Origin: Bryobacteraceae bacterium
GTDB lineage: Bacteria; Acidobacteriota; Terriglobia; Bryobacterales; Bryobacteraceae
DNA length: 60,476 nt
Reading direction: 5' to 3'
NCBI GenBank assembly: GCA_041685075.1
Contig: JAWLGN010000001.1
Span: 1-60,476 of the forward strand
Shown here in pieces: positions 45,671-55,046 of the stretch (its first letter is position 1; every line of letters begins with the position of its first letter). The notes under the pieces are model-generated. The model ran no database searches. It saw nothing but the letters and a program-made list of their open reading frames with translations, and was not told the origin of the DNA. Position numbers and translations under genes: made by a program.

Positions 45671-46708
45671 TTACTCGAGCGAGGCAGTCCTGGCGATCTC
45701 CTCCCAACCGTACACGAGAAAATTCCGCGGCCCGCTGTTCATCGCCACCAGGAGACCTTTCGGGAAACGCGGCCCGAGAGGCGCCGAGACCACCTCGATG
45801 CCGTCCGTCGAGTCGGCGCCGCCGCGAATGATGGCCACGAGTTCCGGCGCGCCTTCTCTGCGGTAGATGTGATAACGGCTGGCGCCGTCGAGTTGATCGG
45901 TGCAGACGATGTAGCCCGTTCCGTCGGGACGCGCGTAGATCCCGATGCCTTCGCGGTCGCCCGAAAAGCCCGTTTTGCCGAAGTGGGACAGTTCCCGGGC
46001 CGCCTGCGGGTGATCGGGATCGGCAGGATACTTGTGAATGCCGTCCGCCTCGTCTGCGTAGTAGACATGGCCGAGCGCGTCATCCACGGCTACCGCTTCA
46101 ATCTCCCCGCCGCCGCTGAAGCGGCCGAAGCGGCGCACCAGGGAGACGCCCACGCGGCCGTTTCCGTCGTCCTCCAGCCGGTACTGGGCGAGGTAGCCTT
46201 CGCGCGGCCCCGTCTTGGGACTCACGATGGCGAAGACCGCGCCATCCCGGGGCCGGCGGTAGAGCGCGATGCCCATGGGGGCGGCGGCTTCGCCGCTCTC
46301 TCCCGCGAAGACCCGGGAGCGATGGTGCGAAGTGATGTCGGAGACGCCGCCGTCCACGATGCGGAAAATCCGCAGCCGCTGCTTATAGCGCTCCGTGACC
46401 ACCGCGATATCGATGGCCTCGCCGCCGAGCCGGAAGCCATACTCCACATCGACGTTGTTGGGACGGTCGATCCCGGGCACCTTCTGGCGAATTTTGCCGT
46501 CCAGCCCGAAGACGTACAAAGCGCCCTGCGGTGCGGCGGCCTTGTCCGTGCCCAGAATCAGACTCTGCTGCGGATCGGCCGGGTGAACCCAGACGGCGGG
46601 GTCGTCGGGATCTTCTCCCACCGGCTCGGTCGAAAGCGCCGGGCGCACGTCCACTGCCGCCGGTTGCCAGAAAAAGGCGATTGCCAGTGCGGTCAAAAAG
46701 TATCTCAT
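45671..46708 (-). CDS. beta-propeller phytase (3-phytase family)
   Basis: ATG 46708 gives the signal peptide MRYFLTALAIAFFW. Family N-terminal signature DPDDPAVWVHP...LILGTDK...LYVFGLDG. Confidence 0.8.
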   Translation of the reverse strand: MRYFLTALAIAFFWQPAAVDVRPALSTEPVGEDPDDPAVWVHPADPQQSLILGTDKAAAPQGALYVFGLDGKIRQKVPGIDRPNNVDVEYGFRLGGEAIDIAVVTERYKQRLRIFRIVDGGVSDITSHHRSRVFAGESGEAAAPMGIALYRRPRDGAVFAIVSPKTGPREGYLAQYRLEDDGNGRVGVSLVRRFGRFSGGGEIEAVAVDDALGHVYYADEADGIHKYPADPDHPQAARELSHFGKTGFSGDREGIGIYARPDGTGYIVCTDQLDGASRYHIYRREGAPELVAIIRGGADSTDGIEVVSAPLGPRFPKGLLVAMNSGPRNFLVYGWEEIARTASLE

Positions 46709-46715
46709 GAGTGGC

Positions 46716-47855
46716 TCAGTCCACCGTCGTCCGTTTGGCCTGGCCCGCCTTCTGCGGCTGCCGGCTCCAGCCGAAGGCATCGAGCATGATGCGGAAAATT
46801 TCGGTATTGGGAAACACGCCGCGCACCCGCTCCGCCCCGGGTCCCTGAGCCGCCACGAGCACTTCCTCGGCGGTGTGATCGTCGTCCCGGCGCACGGTTT
46901 TCAAACGAATGGTATCCACGTCGTCGGTCTGGACGGCCCTGTCGGAGCTGTCCAGCAGCGGTCTGCCTTTGCGTCCGTCGTGTATGCGGAGATCGTAGGA
47001 GTGATCGGCCGTGAACAGGATCAGGGTGCCGGTGCCTTGCATCCTCTCGACGGTCCGCCGGATGGACTTGTCGAACGCCACGGTACGGTCCAGGCCCCTG
47101 ATGAGATCTTCGGTGTGCAGGTTGGATTCGACCATCAGAAAGAAGCCCTTCTCGTTGCGGGAGAGGATATCGATGGCGCGCTGCGTCGCCTGGTCGAGGT
47201 CGAACTCCCCGTCGAAGAGCACGGTAGCGCGGCGGGCCTGCGGCGGGACCGAATCGAGCGTGTCGTACCACGTCAACCCGGCATTGTCGAGTGCGGCCCG
47301 GGCGCCGCGTCGGGCCTCGAGCACATCGTCGCGTCCGGCCCCGATCACGACATCGATCCCATCGCCGAACCGTGGCGCCAGCAGGTTCCGGAAGACAGCA
47401 GCCGTGTCCTTGCGATCGTTGACGTGCGCGTAGCAGGCGGCCGGCGTGGCCGAGAGCACGGAGCTGTTGGAGACCACGCCCGTGGACAGTCCGCGCTCCT
47501 CGGCGTACTCGAGAATGGTCTTGAGCGGTTCACCGTCCTTCTTGCCGCGGAGTGCGGCCGCGGATTGGGAAAGAACGCCATTATGCGTCTTCTCCCCCGT
47601 GACGATGGCGGTCATGCCGGCTGCCGAGTCGGTCACCCACTGCGAAGCCGCCGACGTCTCGGAAAGCGCGATGTGGGGCATCCGGTAGATGAACAACCGC
47701 CCCGGTTCGTTGTAGCCGTGAATACTGGCGGCGTTGAGGGTCGGAATGCCGGCCGCGTCCCCGAGGAACAGGATGATATTCTTCGCGCCGCCTGCCGCGG
47801 TGAGCGGCGCAGCCAGCGCGATCAGCAGAATGGCACTCCGCCTTCCGTTGGTCAT
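46716..47855 (-). CDS. alkaline phosphatase (PhoA family)
   Basis: Active-site region VTDSAAGMTAIVTG, metal ligands (FLMVESNLHTED, FTADHS). ATG 47855 has a GGAGG SD. 7-nt gap to the phytase gene. Confidence 0.85.
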   Translation of the reverse strand: MTNGRRSAILLIALAAPLTAAGGAKNIILFLGDAAGIPTLNAASIHGYNEPGRLFIYRMPHIALSETSAASQWVTDSAAGMTAIVTGEKTHNGVLSQSAAALRGKKDGEPLKTILEYAEERGLSTGVVSNSSVLSATPAACYAHVNDRKDTAAVFRNLLAPRFGDGIDVVIGAGRDDVLEARRGARAALDNAGLTWYDTLDSVPPQARRATVLFDGEFDLDQATQRAIDILSRNEKGFFLMVESNLHTEDLIRGLDRTVAFDKSIRRTVERMQGTGTLILFTADHSYDLRIHDGRKGRPLLDSSDRAVQTDDVDTIRLKTVRRDDDHTAEEVLVAAQGPGAERVRGVFPNTEIFRIMLDAFGWSRQPQKAGQAKRTTVD

Positions 47856-47879
47856 CGGCGGTCCCCTCCGTAACGGCTC

Positions 47880-47908
47880 CACTGAAACTATATAACAGCT
47901 TCACTGAA
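47880..47908 (-). promoter_or_regulatory. TTCAGTG direct repeat (22-nt period) flanking TATATA upstream of the phosphatase-phytase operon
   Basis: The minus strand reads TTCAGTGaagctgttatatagtTTCAGTG and ends about 25 nt before ATG 47855. Candidate phosphate-responsive operator/promoter. Confidence 0.3.
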
Positions 47909-47970
47909 GCCACGGACGTGCCGCCGCGGTCCGGAAGACCCTGCAGCGTCGGGGCGCGGAGTTCGGTGAG

Positions 47971-49548
47971 TTAGGGTACAACGGCCGAGGCGAGCCTCTG
48001 CCGCATGTCCGTGACGAAGCCGCGGATCTCCCCGGCCGAGGCGGGCGGCAGCTTGCCGATGCGGGGGTCGCCTTCGCTCACTTCCGCCTGCCGCTCCAGC
48101 GCCTGTAGGGCGCGCTCCACGCGTCCTTTCAATCCGGGAACCTTGTGGCCGCCTTGCAGTACCTTGTAGCCGAAGAACGCCTCGGCGTGCAGCCGCCAGA
48201 TCACGGCCGTTCGCTCGAGCAGCGCCAGCCGCCAGTAGAGATCGCCATACCGGGCGGCAGCGAGGTGCGGGCGGGCGTTCTCCAGGTGCCGGAGGGCGCG
48301 ATGGGCCAGCGCCACGGCCGCGTCCTTCTCGGCCAGGACCTCCTCCAGCATGGCCGCATCCGGATGTCGCAGCCGCATCTCCAATTCTTTGAATTGCGGG
48401 TCGTCGGGGTACCACTTGGCCGTAGAGAACCCTCGCAGGTGGCCGTCGGCGTAGCCGAACGCGGGCAGGCGCGAGTGATTCGTCACCCAGAACTTCAGCG
48501 CGAAGAACGACGCGTTCACGATATCGAAGGTTGGCTTGAGCGCGCGTTCGATCTCTTCGGCCGCCGCGGCGCCGTAACGCTTCACGGTCCACTCGCGCCA
48601 GACGTCCGCGCCCGTGATACCGGCATCCTGGGTGAAGCGGAACATGGCATAGATGTTGATCTCGTTGGGTGTGTTGACGGCATCGTAGCCGCCGTGGTCC
48701 AGCCGCACGTTATAGCCCGCCACGCCCTTCCGTGAGAGGGCATAGCGCCAGCGGCGCTCGAAGTACTCGGGTTGGGTGTAGGGAATGCGATTGCGGCCGG
48801 TGTACTCGGAGGAGCCGTCGAACTCCACGATCTGCTGCCGGTCCGGGAAGGCGCCGATCAACGGATGGTTCGGATAGAAGGGATGCCAGTCGTGCGGCTC
48901 GCACTTGGTCTGGATCATGACGTGGGGCGCGGTTTTGGCATAACCTTCGCGAAACCACTCCAGCTCCCGCGGCTCGTAGAGGAAGGAGCGCACGATGAAG
49001 TCCTTGTTGCGGCGCCTGCAGACCTCCCCGATGGTGTTGATCATCTTGGTGAACCGCTCCGGCATGGAGAGCGACGATGCCACCTGGTCCGGGCGGAAGA
49101 TCTTGTACTCGGTCTCGTGGAAGGTCAGGATCAGGCCGTCGAACTCGGGGTATTCGGTGAAGACCCGCTCATAGCGCGCCGCCAGCCACTCCCATAATCC
49201 CGGGCGGTCGAGTTGCACGACTTTGCCGTCGCGGAAGCGTTCCGGAACATTTTGGAGTTCCCGCACCCAGATCCACACCCGCAGATTCCGGCTGTGGGCC
49301 TCCTGCGCCAGCCGGCGCAACCTGGCGCCGCGGTCGCTGCCGTCGAACAGTTGCGAAGCATACCCGATCATGCCGTGCGAGAACACCACGGTGTTCACGT
49401 CGTAGTCTCGCGCCAGCTTCATGGTGGCGGAGACATACGCCGGATCGAGTTTATGGAACTGCCATGCGCGGTAGGGGACGAGCGGCGCCGCTGTAGCGGC
49501 AGCGCAAACAGCCCATAGCAGGCAGGCTTTTTTCAATCCACCATGCAT
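47971..49548 (-). CDS. hypothetical secreted protein (glycosidase-like TIM-barrel suspected)
   Basis: 525 aa, signal peptide, protein-like composition rich in W/Y/F. Segments VVFSHGMIGY...RNLRVWIWV...LILTFHETE resemble a (beta/alpha)8 enzyme. No firm family assignment. Confidence 0.55.
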   Translation of the reverse strand: MHGGLKKACLLWAVCAAATAAPLVPYRAWQFHKLDPAYVSATMKLARDYDVNTVVFSHGMIGYASQLFDGSDRGARLRRLAQEAHSRNLRVWIWVRELQNVPERFRDGKVVQLDRPGLWEWLAARYERVFTEYPEFDGLILTFHETEYKIFRPDQVASSLSMPERFTKMINTIGEVCRRRNKDFIVRSFLYEPRELEWFREGYAKTAPHVMIQTKCEPHDWHPFYPNHPLIGAFPDRQQIVEFDGSSEYTGRNRIPYTQPEYFERRWRYALSRKGVAGYNVRLDHGGYDAVNTPNEINIYAMFRFTQDAGITGADVWREWTVKRYGAAAAEEIERALKPTFDIVNASFFALKFWVTNHSRLPAFGYADGHLRGFSTAKWYPDDPQFKELEMRLRHPDAAMLEEVLAEKDAAVALAHRALRHLENARPHLAAARYGDLYWRLALLERTAVIWRLHAEAFFGYKVLQGGHKVPGLKGRVERALQALERQAEVSEGDPRIGKLPPASAGEIRGFVTDMRQRLASAVVP

Positions 49549-49597
49549 CGTAGCGAAACCCGTGCTTGCGTTGACATATCAGATATTAGCATGGGGA

Positions 49598-49651
49598 GCT
49601 GCGGGTCCCGCGGCGATGGCGCGTGAGGCTGCGGGTCTCGTGGCGACGGCG
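49598..49651. repeat. two tandem 24-nt imperfect repeats (30-nt period) in an intergenic region
   Basis: gctgcgggtcccgcggcgatggcg (49598-49621) versus gctgcgggtctcgtggcgacggcg (49628-49651), 21/24 identical. Confidence 0.6.
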
Positions 49652-49683
49652 ACACACGCGAACTCGTTGGGCCGGGGTGTGTC

Positions 49684-49711
49684 GCGGCCCACGGCGGGAA
49701 CCGTGGGCCGC
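49684..49711 (-). terminator. perfect 11-bp GC hairpin downstream of the small zinc-ribbon gene
   Basis: gcggcccacgg (49684-49694) pairs with ccgtgggccgc (49701-49711), 6-nt loop. About 100 nt after the stop at 49809 on the minus strand. No U-tract. Confidence 0.35.
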
Positions 49712-49808
49712 ACCCCAGGAGGGCCACGCCAGCACGGCATTGCCCTTCGCACACAAACCTACAATTGCAACAGGCGGGCCACTCCCGCCACTCTCGGTAC
49801 CGCCGCGG

Positions 49809-49985
49809 TCAGCCCCGCGCCGGGTTGCTCTCCGGATGCGCCTGCACCAGTTCCCAACGGCCCCGGCCGCACATGTTCCTGCACGGCGGGAATGGCTGGC
49901 CGGCAGTGAAGTTCTCCGGCGTCTTGCAGACCGTGCACCAGTAGGTGCCGGTGGTGGGGACGGTGGTGCCAGGTTGATGACTCAT
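49809..49985 (-). CDS. small zinc-ribbon protein (58 aa)
   Basis: MSHQPGTTVPTTGTYWCTVCKTPENFTAGQPFPPCRNMCGRGRWE has a CxxC-x16-C-x3-C pattern. The ATG at 49985 overlaps the upstream gene stop as ATGA. Confidence 0.55.
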   Translation of the reverse strand: MSHQPGTTVPTTGTYWCTVCKTPENFTAGQPFPPCRNMCGRGRWELVQAHPESNPARG

Positions 49986-50647
49986 AACTTTGCCCCGCTG
50001 CGCTGCGCGATGACCCATTCGGCGGCTTCTTCGATGCGGTCCACCAGCAGGTCGGGCGCGGCATCGGCCAGCGATTCGGGCTGGAAACCATAGGTTACCC
50101 CGCAGGACATCACCCCGGCGTTGCGGGCGGTCAGAATATCCACCGCGCTGTCCCCTACCATGAGGGTCTTCTCGCGCGCCGCGCCGCACTCTCCCAGCAG
50201 GGTCTCGACCCCGATGGGGTGCGGTTTCTTGAAATCGAAACTGTTGCCGCCGTAGACCTGCCGGAAGTAGGGACCCATCCCCAATCCCGCCACGATCTCG
50301 CGGCTGATGCGCACGGGCTTGTTGGTGAGGACCGCCATGGCGACGCCGGCGTCCTGCAGGCGCTCGAGCGACTCCCGCACGCCGGGATAGGGCGCCGTGT
50401 AGTCCAGCTTGTGGTCGCGATAGTACTCCAGGAAGAACTCCAGCGCCTCCTGCACCTGCTCCTGAGTGGCCTGCTCGCCCAGCACGCGGCGGATCAGCAT
50501 CGGCGCGCCGTCGCCTACGTAGGAATAAACGCGCTCGTGTTCGAGCGGCGGCATGCCCATGTGACGGCGCGCGGCGTTCACCGCGTGCGCCAGGTCGAGC
50601 TTGGAGTCGATCAGGGTTCCGTCGAGGTCGAAGATCACCAGGTCCAT
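49982..50647 (-). CDS. gph: HAD-IA phosphatase, phosphoglycolate-phosphatase-like
   Basis: Motif I VIFDLDGTLIDS, motif II LTNK, motif IV MVGDSAVD. Confidence 0.75.
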   Translation of the reverse strand: MDLVIFDLDGTLIDSKLDLAHAVNAARRHMGMPPLEHERVYSYVGDGAPMLIRRVLGEQATQEQVQEALEFFLEYYRDHKLDYTAPYPGVRESLERLQDAGVAMAVLTNKPVRISREIVAGLGMGPYFRQVYGGNSFDFKKPHPIGVETLLGECGAAREKTLMVGDSAVDILTARNAGVMSCGVTYGFQPESLADAAPDLLVDRIEEAAEWVIAQRSGAKL

Positions 50648-50690
50648 AGGTTTGGGGGAATGCGGCTGTCGTTATGATAGCAGGCTGCGC

Positions 50691-50951
50691 CTAACTGGCC
50701 CGGGCTTTGCGCCGGCGGCCGTTGACCGCGGCGGGAGGTTTGCGCCGCACTTCGCCCAACTGGTATTCGAGCAGTTTCCGCTGCAGCGTGTTGCGATGGA
50801 TACCGAGACGCTTGGCAGCCGCCGACCGGTTTCCGTTCGCCTCTTCCAGCGCGCGGGCAATGAGCGTCCTCTCCAGGATCTCCACCGCCTCTTCGAGGAA
50901 GAACCCGTTCCCCATGAGGTGCTCTACCAGGCTTTCGAATCCTTGTTTCAT
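50691..50951 (-). CDS. small Fis-type helix-turn-helix protein
   Basis: 86 aa from ATG 50951. C-terminal NRSAAAKRLGIHRNTLQRKL is a Fis/NtrC-type HTH. ATGA overlap with cvpA. The rest of the 237-aa track ORF is junk. Confidence 0.7.
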   Translation of the reverse strand: MKQGFESLVEHLMGNGFFLEEAVEILERTLIARALEEANGNRSAAAKRLGIHRNTLQRKLLEYQLGEVRRKPPAAVNGRRRKARAS

Positions 50952-51529
50952 TTTGAGCCTTCGATCTCCGGACGGGGCAGTTTGGACAGACCCTTCTTCA
51001 CCTTTTCGTGCCAGAACGCCTTCACCTGCTTGTGGCTGCTGCGGAAGCCCTCCTTCAGCTCGAAAGGAGCCATGGAAGCGCAGATGCCGGCGGCATCCAC
51101 CACGTAGGGCGAAAAGCGGGAGTCGAGCACCGCCCGCGGCGCCCGGCGGTCCGGCGAAAAGGCCATCATCGCCATCACGAACACAACCGCCAGCAGCACG
51201 CCGCGCACCAGGCCGAAACACGCGCCCAGCAGGCGGTCGAACGCCGACAGCCCAACCGTTTTCATGAACCGCTGCATCACCCGGCCCGCCAGGCTTCCCA
51301 CCAGCAGGACGCCGCAGAACACCAGGATGAAGCCGATAAAATTCGCCACCGCGCGCGAACTGAGATACGGCAGCAGGAACGACCCCGCCGTACCGTAGAA
51401 CCACAGGCCCAGCAGCAGCCCCACGATCACCGCGCCGACACCCACCAGTTCCCGCGAAAATCCCTTGCAGAAAGCGGAAATGGCCGATCCCGCGACCAGG
51501 ATCAGCAGCACAACGTCCAGCCAGTTCAT
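50948..51529 (-). CDS. cvpA: CvpA-family membrane protein
   Basis: 193 aa. MNWLDVVLLILVAGSAISAFCKGFSRELV is a typical CvpA N-terminus. 4 TM helices. Downstream of purC with a 4-nt overlap. Confidence 0.85.
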   Translation of the reverse strand: MNWLDVVLLILVAGSAISAFCKGFSRELVGVGAVIVGLLLGLWFYGTAGSFLLPYLSSRAVANFIGFILVFCGVLLVGSLAGRVMQRFMKTVGLSAFDRLLGACFGLVRGVLLAVVFVMAMMAFSPDRRAPRAVLDSRFSPYVVDAAGICASMAPFELKEGFRSSHKQVKAFWHEKVKKGLSKLPRPEIEGSK

Positions 51530-52449
51530 AGCTCGCGGCCGGTAAGCGCGCGGTATGCCTGCCTGTATTTCTCGCCGGTCTTGAGCGCCACCTCGCCGGG
51601 CAGCGCGGGTGCGGGCGGCTGCTTGTTCCAGCGGATCGACTCCAGGTAGTCGCGCACGTACTGCTTATCGTAGGAAAGTTGCGGTCCGCCGGGGCGATAG
51701 CTGTCCGCCGGCCAGAACCGCGAGGAATCCGGCGTCAACACTTCGTCGCCCAGCACCAGGCGACCGTCCACAAAACCGAATTCAAACTTGGTATCGGCGA
51801 TCAACACGCCGCGCCCGGATGCGTACTCGGCCGCGCGGCGGTAGATCTCCAGCGTCAGGTCGCGCAGGCGCGCGGCCAGGTCCTCGCCCACCAGCGAAGC
51901 CGCGCGCTCGAAGGAGATGTTCTCGTCGTGCCCCGTTTGCGCCTTGATGGCCGGGGTGAAGATCGGCTCCGGCAGCTTATCGCTTTCCCGCAAGCCCGCA
52001 GGCAGCCGGATGCCGCACACGGTCCCCTGCTCGCGGTACTCTTTCCACCCGGAGCCCGCCAGGTAACCGCGCGCCACGCACTCGATTTCCACCATCCGGG
52101 CGCGGCGCACCAGCATGGAGCGGCCTTCCAGTTGGTCGCGATGCGCGCGCAGCGCTTCGGGATAGCGGTCCACGTCCGCGGTGATGAAGTGTGTAGGGGT
52201 GACGTCCCGCAGAAAATCGAACCAGAAGATCGAAAGCTGCGTGAGTACTCTTCCCTTGTCGGGAATACCGGTCGGGAGGATATAGTCGAAAGCGGAGATG
52301 CGATCGGTGGCGACAATCAGCAGTTCGCCGTCCAGGCGATAGACATCGCGGACCTTGCCTCGCGCATGCCGTTCGAAGCCGGGAAGGTCTGTTTCGAGAA
52401 TGATGTTGTTCGAGGAGGTCACGTTGTTTCGGGCGATCGGGGGAGTCAA
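51526..52449 (-). CDS. purC: phosphoribosylaminoimidazole-succinocarboxamide (SAICAR) synthase
   Basis: 307 aa with GKVRDVY and LIVATDRISAFD motifs. Confidence 0.93.
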   Translation of the reverse strand: MTPPIARNNVTSSNNIILETDLPGFERHARGKVRDVYRLDGELLIVATDRISAFDYILPTGIPDKGRVLTQLSIFWFDFLRDVTPTHFITADVDRYPEALRAHRDQLEGRSMLVRRARMVEIECVARGYLAGSGWKEYREQGTVCGIRLPAGLRESDKLPEPIFTPAIKAQTGHDENISFERAASLVGEDLAARLRDLTLEIYRRAAEYASGRGVLIADTKFEFGFVDGRLVLGDEVLTPDSSRFWPADSYRPGGPQLSYDKQYVRDYLESIRWNKQPPAPALPGEVALKTGEKYRQAYRALTGREL

Positions 52450-52557
52450 AACCGATCATAACCCGTCGGCGTGAATTGTCAAACCCGAAAATTCCTCATA
52501 GGCCGCGGTCGCATCGGGCGTGGTGCCATCGCATCGGCCGTGATATCGTTGATGCCT

Positions 52558-53607
52558 ATGAAAAGGCGCGCGCTGCTTCTGCTCCTGGCTGCAACTTCCG
52601 GTTTCAGCGCCGCCGGCGATCTGCCGGTGCGCGGCATTCACTTCATGGCGCCCCGGCCCGCCGAGGTGCCGGCGGCAGTTCGGCTCTTCTCCGAGACTTT
52701 GCCCAGGCACGGCATCAACGTGGTGGTGCTGGAGGTGAACTACAACTACCGCTACAGCAAACGGCCGGAGGTGGCCGAACCCAACGGCCTGTCGCGCGAT
52801 GACGCGGCCCGACTCGCCGCGGCGTGCCGCAAGGCCGGCATCCGCCTGATCCCCATGATCAACCTGCTGGGCCACCAGTCGTGGGCGAAGAACACTCACG
52901 CGCTGCTGCGGTCCCACCCCGAGTTCGACGAGACTCCCGGTCTCTATCCCGGCAACGAAGGCATCTATTGCCGCTCCTACTGTCCCCGGCACCCCAAGGT
53001 TCACGAGGTGGTCTTCGATCTCATCGACGAACTCGTGGAGGCATTCCAGGCCGATGCCTTCCACGCCGGCATGGACGAGGTCTTCCTCATCGGCGAGGAC
53101 GCCTGCCCGCGCTGCCGCGGCAGGAGCAAGGCCGACCTGTTCGCCGGCGAAGTCCGCGCCGTGCACGCCCACCTGGCGAAATCCGGGCTCCAGATGTGGA
53201 TGTGGGGCGACCGCCTGATCGACGGCGAAACCACCGGCATAGGCCGCTGGGAAGCCAGCACCGATTTCACTCACCAGGCCATCCGGCAGATTCCCCGCGA
53301 TATCGTCATCTCGGACTGGCACTACGAAAAACCGCACCCGACCGCCGCGTGGTTCGCCATTGAGGGTTTCCCGGTGGTCTCCTGTCCCTGGCGCAAACCT
53401 GAAGTGGCCCTGGGACAACTGGAATTGATGCGGGCCGTCCGCGCCGGCGCAAGCAAGCAGGTGGCCGCGCGTATGCTGGGCATGATGCAGACTACCTGGG
53501 GCAGTTTCGGCAACTTCCTGAAGGCCTACAACGGGGAGCCGGACGCGCCGGCCAACATGCTGGAAGTGGTGACCTGCCTGAGGAAGCTGTTCCCCGTCAC
53601 CCCTTGA
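52558..53607 (+). CDS. secreted GH20-like glycoside hydrolase family protein
   Basis: ATG 52558 gives the signal peptide MKRRALLLLLAATSGFSAAG. TIM-barrel pattern with NLLGHQSW and FHAGMDEV (resembles the GH20 H-x-G-x-D-E catalytic segment). Confidence 0.6.
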   Translation: MKRRALLLLLAATSGFSAAGDLPVRGIHFMAPRPAEVPAAVRLFSETLPRHGINVVVLEVNYNYRYSKRPEVAEPNGLSRDDAARLAAACRKAGIRLIPMINLLGHQSWAKNTHALLRSHPEFDETPGLYPGNEGIYCRSYCPRHPKVHEVVFDLIDELVEAFQADAFHAGMDEVFLIGEDACPRCRGRSKADLFAGEVRAVHAHLAKSGLQMWMWGDRLIDGETTGIGRWEASTDFTHQAIRQIPRDIVISDWHYEKPHPTAAWFAIEGFPVVSCPWRKPEVALGQLELMRAVRAGASKQVAARMLGMMQTTWGSFGNFLKAYNGEPDAPANMLEVVTCLRKLFPVTP

Positions 53608-55042
53608 TGACGCCCATGGGCCGCAGGCGCGCCACCTTGCGCGCCAGGCCGGCCCGGTGCACCACTTCGATCACCTCGTCGACATCCTTGTAGGCCTCGG
53701 GCAGCTCCTCGAGGATGCCGTCCCGGGTTTCGCTGCGCACCAGGATTCCGGCCTCTTCCAGCTTGCGGGTTTCCGTGCGCGCGTCGCGGCCGCGGCGGAC
53801 GGCGGTGCGGGACAACAGCCGCCCGGCGCCGTGGCAGACGCTGCCGAAGGTCTCCTCCATGGCGCCCTGCGCGCCGGCCAGTACCCAGGAGGCCGTTCCC
53901 ATGCTGCCGGGAACGAAAACAGGCTGGCCCACCTCGCGATACTCGGCGGGCATTTCGCGGTGGCCCGGAGGAAAGGCGCGGGTGGCGCCCTTGCGGTGCA
54001 CCACCACCTCGCGCCGGCGGCCTTCCACTTCGTAGCGCTCGCGCTTGGCGATGTTGTGGCAGACGTCGTAAATGAGGCTGAGCCGCGCGCCGTCTCCGAA
54101 AATGCGCCGCACGGCGCCGCGGAGGAAGTGCATGATGGCCTGCCGGTTGGCCCAGGCGAAGTTGGCCGCCGCCGCCATGGCCCCCAGGTAGGAGCGGCCC
54201 TCCGGCGAGCGGATGGGCGCGCAGGCAAGCTGCCGGTCGGGCAGCCGGATGCCGTAGTGGGGCATCACCTGGTTCATGATCGCCACGTAGTCGGTACAGA
54301 CCTGGTGCCCCAGGCCGCGGGAGCCGGAATGGATCAGCACCACGACCTGTCCCTCGTGAAGCCCGAAAGCCCCCGCCACGCGCTCGTCGTAGATCCCTTC
54401 CACGTACTGGATTTCGAGGAAGTGATTGCCGCTGCCCAGCGTGCCGAGTTGCGGCAGGCCGCGCTGCTTGGCGCGATCGGAGACGGCCGCGGGGTCGGCT
54501 TCTTCCAGCGCCCCGCCGGCTTCGGCGAAATGCGCATCGTGCTCCTCGCCGTAGCCGTTCTCCACCATCCAGACCGCCCCGCGCTCCAGCACGCGGTCCA
54601 GTTGCTTCCGATCGATCTTGATGAAGCCCGATCCGCCCGTACCGGCGGGCACGTCGCGAAAGACCTGGTTCACCAGCTCCTGCAGGCGCGGCCGCACGTC
54701 CGGCTCTTCCAGGTTGGTGCGGACCAGCCGCACCCCGCAGTTGATGTCGAACCCCACGCCGCCCGGCGAGATCACCCCGCCTTCGTTTTCGTCCATGGCC
54801 GCCACGCCGCCGATGGGGAAGCCGTAGCCCTGGTGGATGTCGGGCATCGCCAGGCTCGGCCCCACGATGCCCGGAAGCGTGGCTACGTTCATGGCCTGTT
54901 CGAGCGAAAGGTCGCGGCGGATCTGCTCCATCAGAGGCGCGCTCGCGTAGACCATCACGTGGGTGCGCATACCGCGGCTTTCGTCGCGCGGGATGCGGTA
55001 GCGATACTCGTCGATACGTTCCAGGAGAATTTCGGCCGTCAT
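53597..55042 (-). CDS. rtcB: RNA-splicing ligase RtcB
   Basis: RtcB motifs DIHQGYGFPIGGV, GVGFDINCGVR, HSGSRGLGHQV, HNIA and C-terminal GVIKG. ATG 55042 lies 4 nt after the archease stop. Confidence 0.92.
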   Translation of the reverse strand: MTAEILLERIDEYRYRIPRDESRGMRTHVMVYASAPLMEQIRRDLSLEQAMNVATLPGIVGPSLAMPDIHQGYGFPIGGVAAMDENEGGVISPGGVGFDINCGVRLVRTNLEEPDVRPRLQELVNQVFRDVPAGTGGSGFIKIDRKQLDRVLERGAVWMVENGYGEEHDAHFAEAGGALEEADPAAVSDRAKQRGLPQLGTLGSGNHFLEIQYVEGIYDERVAGAFGLHEGQVVVLIHSGSRGLGHQVCTDYVAIMNQVMPHYGIRLPDRQLACAPIRSPEGRSYLGAMAAAANFAWANRQAIMHFLRGAVRRIFGDGARLSLIYDVCHNIAKRERYEVEGRRREVVVHRKGATRAFPPGHREMPAEYREVGQPVFVPGSMGTASWVLAGAQGAMEETFGSVCHGAGRLLSRTAVRRGRDARTETRKLEEAGILVRSETRDGILEELPEAYKDVDEVIEVVHRAGLARKVARLRPMGVIKG

Positions 55043-55046
55043 GGCG

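Noticed and set aside
49598-49651. CRISPR-like repeat
   Set aside because: Only two imperfect copies are present, with 6-nt spacing and no cas genes. It is treated as a simple tandem repeat.
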